DNA from: a bacterium
GTDB lineage: Bacteria; Hinthialibacterota; Hinthialibacteria; Hinthialibacterales; Hinthialibacteraceae
NCBI GenBank assembly: GCA_963663405.2
Contig: CAXXSM010000048.1
Coordinates: 1 to 11,677, forward strand
Direction: 5' to 3'
DNA: 11,677 nt
The notes below the pieces were generated by a model that saw only the letters and a list, made by a program, of their open reading frames with translations, made no database searches and had not been told where the DNA came from. The position numbers and the translations under genes were made by a program. This document shows positions 1-7,318 of the stretch, piece by piece (the stretch's first letter is position 1; every line of letters begins with the position of its first letter).

Positions 1-1
1 C

Positions 2-1864
2 ACGCTGAAACATCGTGGTCCTGATGGTGATGGCTATCATGTCGATCGTAAACGGGGCTTGGGGATGGGACATGCTCGTCTTTCCATTATAGACCTGGAG
101 ACGGGCGCTCAGCCGCTGTTTAGTTTCGATTCTTCAATTGTTTTAACGGCGAATGGCGAGTTCTATGATTATAAGCGAATCCGTGCAAATGCCGTTCTGA
201 ATGGCGCGCGGTTTAAAACGAAAAGTGATAGCGAGATCGCGATTAGCCTCTATGAACGAAAGGGGCTTGAATTCGTCGATGACTTGCGTGGCGAGTTTGC
301 GTTTGTTTTATATGATCGTAAGAACGATACTCTAATTCTTGTCCGTGATCGCTTCGGAATCAAACCGCTGTTTTATCATATTTGCGATGGAAACCTCTAT
401 TGGGGATCCGAAATCAAAGCGCTATTTGCCCATCCCGCTGTGCCGCGCAGGTTTTCGAAAGAGGGCCTTCTGCACCAAATGATGCACACCATGGTTTTAG
501 GAACCAGTGCGTTTGAAGGCATTAATGCTTTAAAGCCGGGGCATATGCTAATCGTTTCACGGAAAAGCGGCCGTTTGGAAATTCGCGAACAGTGTTATTG
601 GGATGTTGATTTTCCAGAAGAACGAAGTGAAAAATACGATCCACAGGAGTATGTTGAACGTGTCCGTGAGAAATTGTTGGAAGCTGTGCAATTACGGTTG
701 GAGGCCGATGTCCCTGTTGGGTGTTATCTTTCAGGAGGAATCGACAGCTGTTCAATGCTCGGACTGGCCTCTTCTGTCCAACAATCCCCGGTCAAAGCCT
801 ACACCATTAGTTTTGATCATGATGCCTACGATGAAGCCTCGATTGCCAGGGAAATGGCACAACGCACCCAGGCTGATCAAGAAGTGTTGAACCTCAAAGC
901 CTCTGATCTTTATGGAGACAATTACGTCTCAACCGCCTGGCATGCAGAACGCACTTTCTATAACACTTTGAGGGTTGCGAAATACTGTATGAGCCGCCGT
1001 GTGCGTGAAAGTGGCTACAAAGTCGTTGTGACCGGGGAAGGTGCTGATGAGCTGTTTGGAGGGTATCCCGCTTTCAAACGAGATATGTTTCGATTTGGGA
1101 TGGATCCGGCTGCTTCCCATAAAAGTGAAGAATATCAAAGCAAGATGAATAGAAAAAATCGGTTGTTTCAAGGCGCGATTCTTTCCGATGAGTCGGTATC
1201 CCACCCGGCTCTTGAAGCAAAATGCGGATTCACGCCTTCATGGATTCAGCCTTGGATGCAGACTTTGGAGGTTGTACGGCCGTTATTGCATAATGATATT
1301 CAGCATGAAATTCGTGACTATGATCCTATTGAGGCAATCGCGGATTCATTTGACTCGTGTCAAATTGAAAACCGCCATCCTCTTGATGTCGCTCAATATA
1401 CTTGGATCAAAACCATGCTTGAGTGTCAAATTCTAAACTGGGGTGGTGACCGTGTTGATATGGCCAACTCGATGGAATCACGTCCGGCCTTTTTGGATCA
1501 TCATGTTGCTGAGACAGCCAAAATGATTCCTCCCGAGTATCGAATAAATGGTGAAACGGAAAAATGGGTGCTTCGTGAGGCCATGAGGAGTATCTTGCCG
1601 GAGATTCTCTATAAGCGGGAAAAATTCGCATTTATGGCGCCTCCCAGTCACACTGAGGAGAAGAAAAAAAAGGCTGTCCAAAAACTCATTGATACTTATA
1701 TGAACGAACAGGAAATTCGTAAAGTCGGCGTGTTTGATGTCAAACGGCTTCAAAATTTCTTGAATGGAATCAAAGAAGACACCGATCAGACATCGCTTAC
1801 ACGAAAAGACGCGATTCTTAATCATCTTCTCGGATTGCATATTTTGCACGGGCAGTTTCTGTAG
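2..1864 (+). CDS. asnB: Asparagine synthase (glutamine-hydrolyzing) family amidotransferase, 5'-truncated by the window edge
   Basis: The frame is open from base 2 (TLKHRGPDGDG...), so the true start and N-terminal Cys lie upstream; the ORF-track start at 59 is internal. Ntn-GATase motifs are HRGPD, GHARLSIID, NGEFY and RDRFGIKPLFY. Synthetase motifs are the PP-loop YLSGGIDS, TGEGADELFGGY, DRVDMANSMESRPAFLDH and EKWVLREAM...REK. Stop is TAG at 1862-1864. Confidence 0.93.
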   Translation, partial: TLKHRGPDGDGYHVDRKRGLGMGHARLSIIDLETGAQPLFSFDSSIVLTANGEFYDYKRIRANAVLNGARFKTKSDSEIAISLYERKGLEFVDDLRGEFAFVLYDRKNDTLILVRDRFGIKPLFYHICDGNLYWGSEIKALFAHPAVPRRFSKEGLLHQMMHTMVLGTSAFEGINALKPGHMLIVSRKSGRLEIREQCYWDVDFPEERSEKYDPQEYVERVREKLLEAVQLRLEADVPVGCYLSGGIDSCSMLGLASSVQQSPVKAYTISFDHDAYDEASIAREMAQRTQADQEVLNLKASDLYGDNYVSTAWHAERTFYNTLRVAKYCMSRRVRESGYKVVVTGEGADELFGGYPAFKRDMFRFGMDPAASHKSEEYQSKMNRKNRLFQGAILSDESVSHPALEAKCGFTPSWIQPWMQTLEVVRPLLHNDIQHEIRDYDPIEAIADSFDSCQIENRHPLDVAQYTWIKTMLECQILNWGGDRVDMANSMESRPAFLDHHVAETAKMIPPEYRINGETEKWVLREAMRSILPEILYKREKFAFMAPPSHTEEKKKKAVQKLIDTYMNEQEIRKVGVFDVKRLQNFLNGIKEDTDQTSLTRKDAILNHLLGLHILHGQFL

Positions 1865-1991
1865 TTGTTTTTTAATTACCTCTCAAATATGAACGGCCAA
1901 GAAATGTGACATCGCTATTTGCAGTGTTACAGAAAAGCGTATGTCATTCTTGTCGGCGTGCTTACATCATTTAGTTATTTAAGATTAATAC

Positions 1992-2021
1992 TTGACATCC
2001 ACCGGTTGTCCACGTCATAAT
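1992..2021 (+). promoter_or_regulatory. Putative sigma70-type promoter of the large secreted-protein gene
   Basis: Perfect -35 TTGACA (1992-1997), 18-bp spacer and -10 CATAAT (2016-2021). An AT-rich tract lies just upstream, and the element sits about 80 bp before the likely ATG at 2102. Confidence 0.65.
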
Positions 2022-2101
2022 TGCTATGTTAGTTTACATGTATATGAAAACATATCTTCAACTTAAAACCTTCTATGAGTGCAGAAATCTCGGGGGATAA
2101 C

Positions 2102-5100
2102 ATGGTTCAGCAGGTTAGGTTCCTTAATTGTTTAGCAATAATTTGGGGTTTGTTCGTTCTCTGTGCCGCTTTTCATTTGGATTCGTATGCGGCTGGTGGT
2201 GACATTGCTGAACGCTCCGGCGCGAAAAATCCTTATGGTTCAACCAGCCGATGGACCATGTTTGCGGATGACGAACTTGCCGTTCTTTCATTTGGTGAAT
2301 CGAACGACGATGAACGGCTGAAGAGTTCCAAACTCTATATCAATAATGGAGATGACCAAATAAGCAGTACTGATGGACACTCAGCCTCAATATCCCTTGA
2401 TGATGAGGATATTCGAAATCGGGGAAAATATGCAGCCGCATCCGGACGATTTATTACAGCGAATGATGAAGTCGTTGCCGCTCATGTGAAAGACGATGCC
2501 GGTTGGCAACTCAGCTTTTTTGATAACAATTTGCTGCGTATCCGCCATAGGGATTTTGATTATCCCGATGAGGCGTTTCTCGACCTTGTGGTGGGAGATT
2601 TCATTGCCAAGGTAAACGATGATGGTCAGTTTGAAGATGAAATCATCGTTACGCATGTTTATGTGGAACAGGATAGTCCAAATAGTGTTTTGACTATCGG
2701 GGTTTATAATCAGCATCTGGAAACCCTAATTCAATATCCGGATATTGAAATTGAAACAGATTCCGATTCTCCCCCAATAGGTATTCAAGTTGAAAAAGGG
2801 GATTTCAACAACGATGGTATATTGGACTTTGTTGTCGTAATTCCTTTTAAAGAACAATCATTGCGTTTTTATGCTTTTACTTTTAAAGACGACTTTAGCG
2901 AAATTGTTCAGTTGGGTTTTCACACACATACCGAAGAAACTCGTGTTCACGTGTATCGCTTTGATGTGACGTCGGGAGATTTTAACGGCGACGCAATTGA
3001 CGATATTGCGGTCAACTATGAAAACCTTCGTATTTATTCGATGCTTGATCCTGTGTCAAATACTGCCACAGACCGTTTTGAATTTCAGAGTTACATAGAG
3101 CCGCCATTTTCACTAGGTCCAATTCGAATTGCATCAGGTTTGTTTTATTATGATCCCGAAAACAATTTTGATACGGCGCGGCGGCAAATCGCACTTGTTT
3201 ATTTTGATCCTCTAAATAATAACGAAATCGACTATAGGATTTCTCTTTATCGCGTGTTAAAAGACTTTAGCATAAAAGAAATTTCTAAAGTCCAGCCTCA
3301 TATTTATACAAATGGTTGTGCCGGATTCAACGATTTTCAATTAACTGCAGGCAATTTTGACACGAGTGAAGAAGAGGGTATGCCTCCTGGCATGTCGGAA
3401 TTGGCGTTGATTGTGGCTGACTGCGGAGCCACACAGGCGTTTTTCCTGAAGATCGCGCAAGATAAATGGGTAAGCCGTTATATGTTTCACGTTTTTAGCC
3501 ATGAAACATTATCATTGGCGACAGTGCCTTATGACTCGGATGGCGATGCGCTAAAACTCGGCGCTCCGGCGCATATCGTTGTCGAGAACTTTGTTTCTCT
3601 CGATACGGCCATGCAGGAGCCCCCAAAGCATGTGGATTTCCTCCCCAAAGATCCAACGCAGTGGATCGATGACAAGGATCAGTGGGAGGTGGTCAATATC
3701 AGTGCTTACCCTGAATTCTATGTCAAATATGTGAATGAGGACGGCACGAGCGGCAGTGTTACGGAATCTGAGCATTCAACGCGAAGTTGGATTTGGTCAT
3801 GGGCCGCATCGGTGCAAGCGACCTATGAACTGAAATTGGGAGGAGAAAAGGAGGGAATCTCTGCAAACCTCGGATATAAAATGTCCGGCTCAAACACAAA
3901 AACAAAAGAGAGTTGGGATAAACACTACACATCGACAACCAATGAAATTTCGATTGAAAGCAATGACGATGACATGCTCGAATGCGCTTTTCAACTAATC
4001 GACATTTGGCGCTATCCGATTCTCAATCAAAAAGATGAAGACGACGATAATCTATTCCAGGATGTCTTTCTGCCCTACACAAAAAAGAAATATCTGGGCA
4101 ACGGTCTTGGAAAGGAATTCTACCAACCTCGGCATGTGAATCATAACCTGCTCACATACCCGCGCTATACGGATTCATTCCCGAGCGATATTGGTGAGTA
4201 TACGGTCATCCAAAAAGACAATGACGGTGACAAAATATCAGAAACTCAAATGAAGAAGACCTGGAATGAAATCCGGGAAGTTCGATATTCGGCGAATACC
4301 GTGGATGAAGCCGTAACTTTTGATGATGTCGAAAGCAGCGGATATTCAATCTCGCATGAACATTCGCTCGATCATAGCGTGGATGTTGGTGTTAAGATTT
4401 ATGCTGAAGCCACTGTTGGTATCGAAACGGCAAAGGCGGAAGCAGCTGCAAACGCGCATGCTGAGCGAAATCATCACTGGGGTGATAGCAAGATCAAAAG
4501 CTATGAAGAAGAAGATTCAAAAAGCGTCAAGGTCTATCAGCCCGGATACCTTTTTGCCGATATCGGCTGGGAATATAACTATTATCCTGCGATTTATGTT
4601 GCTTCAAAAGGCGGCGGATGGAAGTCGGCTTTTGCCGTTGACTTTGATCAATTGGATTTCCGTTGGTGGAACTATTACGGTTCGCGTCCTGATCCGGCGC
4701 TTGGATTACCCTATCGGCTTGAAGCCTCTCAAAACACCAAGTCATCTTTTGTTGCCTGGAATCTGAATGAAGAGAACAGCCGTATGATTATGCGCGGCTT
4801 CTTCCTTTATGAAAAGAACTCCGACTCGGATGAGAAGATTCTTCACTCCGGCGTGGGTATTGAAGAAGGCGATATTATTGAGGCCGCCGCCCGTATCTAT
4901 AATTTATCTCTTTCTCAAGAAACGGGATCTTTCGATGTGCGTTTTGAGGCGCAGATGCTTGATACCCGGACTGGAATGGAAGTTGATGACGAACGCGAAA
5001 TCATCGGTACGGCAACGGTTCAACATTTGGATCCGCTTGAAATGCAGTTGGTTTCTGTTGATTGGGATACGACAGGCTTTGGGTTGGCCGAAAGCAGTTT

Positions 5101-5734
5101 CAATACATGGCGTATCTATGTGATCGTTGATCCCGATAACCAAGTTTTCAATGAAATCCACGAATGGAAAGATGAAGCCCATGTGGGTGTGGACGGTTGG
5201 ACAGATGATGAGGGGCGGCTTTATCATGGAAATAACGAAGGCTATTTCCCTCGCAATAATGGATATTTTGTCGGCAAAATGCTGAATCAGAAATCCAAGG
5301 CCGCTACGCTTCCTGATGCGTCAAATCATCCAATTGTGCCGCATGCCGCGCTGCATGAAGAGTCATTGGCGATTGAGTATGAGCAGGGCATTGTGACCGG
5401 TGGGGAAATACGAGTCCCACTTGGCGGCAAATACCGACTGCGGACACATATTACCTTCGATGGTTCCTATCACCCCAAAACCGGCTATATCATGTTCCAC
5501 GATCAGAATCCGGAAAGCACGAATGAGGTGTTTTCGGTAGAGATCGTCCGTGGACTCATGACCGATAACTACATTTGGACAACATGGACGCCAAAAGAAG
5601 CCGGAGAATACGAACTTTGGGCGGTTTTTTTGGAGCATTCGGATGATCCCAAACAAGGCGATGCTCAGGATTTCTTACAGGTCACTGTTTATGATCCTGA
5701 GGACACGAATGTCGCGGACTGGCCTTTGCATTGA
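2102..5734 (+). CDS. Large secreted FG-GAP/VCBS-repeat protein with central Ser/Thr-rich beta-hairpin region, CARDB/Ig-like C-terminal domains and a short conserved C-terminal tail
   Basis: Long ORF; ATG 2102 is preferred over 2075 because GGGGGA (2092-2097) precedes it and a Sec-type signal peptide follows (MVQQVRFLNCLAIIWGLFVLCAAFHLDSYA). FG-GAP-like motifs are GDFNNDGILDFVV, GDFNGDAIDDIAV, VGDF...EDEIIV, ASGLF, AGNFD and DSDGD. The CARDB-like segment is ARIYN...FDVRF...VSVDWDT...IYVIVDPDNQVFNEIHE...NN. The protein ends DTNVADWPLH*. Confidence 0.85.
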   Translation: MVQQVRFLNCLAIIWGLFVLCAAFHLDSYAAGGDIAERSGAKNPYGSTSRWTMFADDELAVLSFGESNDDERLKSSKLYINNGDDQISSTDGHSASISLDDEDIRNRGKYAAASGRFITANDEVVAAHVKDDAGWQLSFFDNNLLRIRHRDFDYPDEAFLDLVVGDFIAKVNDDGQFEDEIIVTHVYVEQDSPNSVLTIGVYNQHLETLIQYPDIEIETDSDSPPIGIQVEKGDFNNDGILDFVVVIPFKEQSLRFYAFTFKDDFSEIVQLGFHTHTEETRVHVYRFDVTSGDFNGDAIDDIAVNYENLRIYSMLDPVSNTATDRFEFQSYIEPPFSLGPIRIASGLFYYDPENNFDTARRQIALVYFDPLNNNEIDYRISLYRVLKDFSIKEISKVQPHIYTNGCAGFNDFQLTAGNFDTSEEEGMPPGMSELALIVADCGATQAFFLKIAQDKWVSRYMFHVFSHETLSLATVPYDSDGDALKLGAPAHIVVENFVSLDTAMQEPPKHVDFLPKDPTQWIDDKDQWEVVNISAYPEFYVKYVNEDGTSGSVTESEHSTRSWIWSWAASVQATYELKLGGEKEGISANLGYKMSGSNTKTKESWDKHYTSTTNEISIESNDDDMLECAFQLIDIWRYPILNQKDEDDDNLFQDVFLPYTKKKYLGNGLGKEFYQPRHVNHNLLTYPRYTDSFPSDIGEYTVIQKDNDGDKISETQMKKTWNEIREVRYSANTVDEAVTFDDVESSGYSISHEHSLDHSVDVGVKIYAEATVGIETAKAEAAANAHAERNHHWGDSKIKSYEEEDSKSVKVYQPGYLFADIGWEYNYYPAIYVASKGGGWKSAFAVDFDQLDFRWWNYYGSRPDPALGLPYRLEASQNTKSSFVAWNLNEENSRMIMRGFFLYEKNSDSDEKILHSGVGIEEGDIIEAAARIYNLSLSQETGSFDVRFEAQMLDTRTGMEVDDEREIIGTATVQHLDPLEMQLVSVDWDTTGFGLAESSFNTWRIYVIVDPDNQVFNEIHEWKDEAHVGVDGWTDDEGRLYHGNNEGYFPRNNGYFVGKMLNQKSKAATLPDASNHPIVPHAALHEESLAIEYEQGIVTGGEIRVPLGGKYRLRTHITFDGSYHPKTGYIMFHDQNPESTNEVFSVEIVRGLMTDNYIWTTWTPKEAGEYELWAVFLEHSDDPKQGDAQDFLQVTVYDPEDTNVADWPLH

Positions 5735-5735
5735 T

Positions 5736-5761
5736 AACCGGATGTCAGATGCATCTCGGTT
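5736..5761. terminator. Hairpin between convergent genes (possible weak bidirectional terminator)
   Basis: AACCG-GATG (5736-5744) pairs with CATC-T-CGGTT (5752-5761) in the 53-bp gap between two convergent stops. There is no clear U-tract on either side. Confidence 0.35.
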
Positions 5762-5787
5762 CATGACACGAATTGGTGGCTAAAGTA

Positions 5788-7149
5788 CTATTCGGTCGGC
5801 TGGTTTATCTTGCGGACATACGCATCGATATCGAACTTGCGGCGCAGCCCTGCATCATTCATATAGCGTACGATGCCGAAAATATCCCGCTCGGTCCAAG
5901 GTCTGTCGTGTTTCCCGAAACACCAGGCCACACCGGCAAATGAATTCGGATCGCGGCCGTCAAGAAAGTATTTGTTGTTGAAATAAAGAACTCTATTGAA
6001 TGCGGTTTGCGGATTGGGGCTCCATTCGATTATTTTTTTCCCCCAATACATCCGCATGTAATTGGCCATCTTACCGGTGACACGCATCTCACGCATCGCC
6101 GCATTCCAATAGGGATCGTGTGTCTGAGCGGTTTCTAGCCGGCTTCGTGTATAAATATAGTCGCGTGGATCTTTTGCATGTCGAGCCAGGGTGCTTCTGA
6201 CCCAACCCGGCAGGCAAAGATAAGAATCATAATTCTCATTATAATAGACAAAGTTGATACTTAACTCGCGGCGGACGATTAGCTCTTCCAGAAAAGCATC
6301 TTTTGACGGCTTTTTCTTTCCTCGTGCCTTCTTTACTTCTAGCGCAACAGTCAATGGCGACATCTGCCCGAAGTGAAGATAGGGACTAAGATTCGATTGA
6401 AGCCCCAAACTCGGGTCGTTACGCGAATCCGCATAATCGTTTAATTTCGAGTTAATAAAATCAGCAAGCCATTGTTTCGCCTGTCGTGTGCCTCCCTTGT
6501 AAAAAGATTGGGCCGGGGCACTTCGGTCAATCTTTAACTTTCTGAGAATTCCCTCGATATCCTGCAAATCAAGACCTTCGGAGATCAATCCCAGTGACTT
6601 TTTGTTTACTTTGCGTTGTTGTAGCGGCACAAGAAAACGGTCCTGCTGTTTAGCGAGTTTGCGGCGCAATGTTGCCGCAGAATATTCTTCTTTATGAGAA
6701 GCTGTTTCGACCGGGACGATAATATCGGATTCTACTTCATAAACAGGGCAGGGAGCCTTATGTGCAACGGCCCGGCGCCACTTCCTTTGTATGCGTGTGT
6801 ATCCGCTGTCTGTTACGACAACGCAAGCCTGCTCCGCGAATTTCAATGCGGCGCGATCAGGTGAGTCGTGCAGGATGCTGAACTCAATGCCTCGCTTATG
6901 TAAGGCATGCTGAGTCTCCGCCAATCCCTCGAGCATGAAAGCGTAATGACGAAGGTTGGCATCGGGGAAATCATCGGTTAGGCCAAAAATGGCAACCACC
7001 GGGACTGCTTTCTGATTTGCCATATCGATAGCAAATTCCAGGGCGTGATTATCCTCGGCTCGTTGTGAAGCCTGCATCCAATAGAGGACATATTGACCTG
7101 CTTTTTCCTGGCACTGATTCAGAAGATGAATTCGTTCGGTATGGATCAT
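5788..7149 (-). CDS. phrB: Deoxyribodipyrimidine photo-lyase, class II CPD photolyase
   Basis: Class II signatures are VLYWMQASQRAEDNHALEFA, SNLSPYLHFGQMS, FLEELIVRRELSINF, THDPYWNAAM, GKMANYMRMYWGKKIIEWS and LDGRDPNSFAGVAWCFGKHDRPWTERDIFGIVRYM. The likely start is ATG at 7149 (MIHTERI), with a GAGGA Shine-Dalgarno 7 nt upstream, rather than TTG at 7182. Confidence 0.95.
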   Translation of the reverse strand: MIHTERIHLLNQCQEKAGQYVLYWMQASQRAEDNHALEFAIDMANQKAVPVVAIFGLTDDFPDANLRHYAFMLEGLAETQHALHKRGIEFSILHDSPDRAALKFAEQACVVVTDSGYTRIQRKWRRAVAHKAPCPVYEVESDIIVPVETASHKEEYSAATLRRKLAKQQDRFLVPLQQRKVNKKSLGLISEGLDLQDIEGILRKLKIDRSAPAQSFYKGGTRQAKQWLADFINSKLNDYADSRNDPSLGLQSNLSPYLHFGQMSPLTVALEVKKARGKKKPSKDAFLEELIVRRELSINFVYYNENYDSYLCLPGWVRSTLARHAKDPRDYIYTRSRLETAQTHDPYWNAAMREMRVTGKMANYMRMYWGKKIIEWSPNPQTAFNRVLYFNNKYFLDGRDPNSFAGVAWCFGKHDRPWTERDIFGIVRYMNDAGLRRKFDIDAYVRKINQPTE

Positions 7150-7318
7150 GGCCGTTTCCTCAGTTCTCTTTGCTATTGACAAAATTAAACCTAGAACAAG
7201 GCCATGGCTAGTTCACCCGCTCCAATGAATCAATTCATCATCAATGACAACATCAAACGATTCTTGCCGAAATTATAAGTGCCGCTTGGACTGAAAATCA
7301 GCGCGGAAATATCCGTTT

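Noticed and set aside
970-973. Arg (AGG) in AsnB YNTLRVAK, where I recall Gly in homologues
   Set aside because: This rests on unverified memory of homologues and could be natural variation or a base-call error.
1902-1931. AAATGTGA half-site suggesting a CRP/FNR box, and a weak TGTGACA/TGTTACA inverted repeat after asnB
   Set aside because: There is no TCACA at N6 spacing. The hairpin is weak and lacks a + strand U-tract, so neither an operator nor a terminator can be called.
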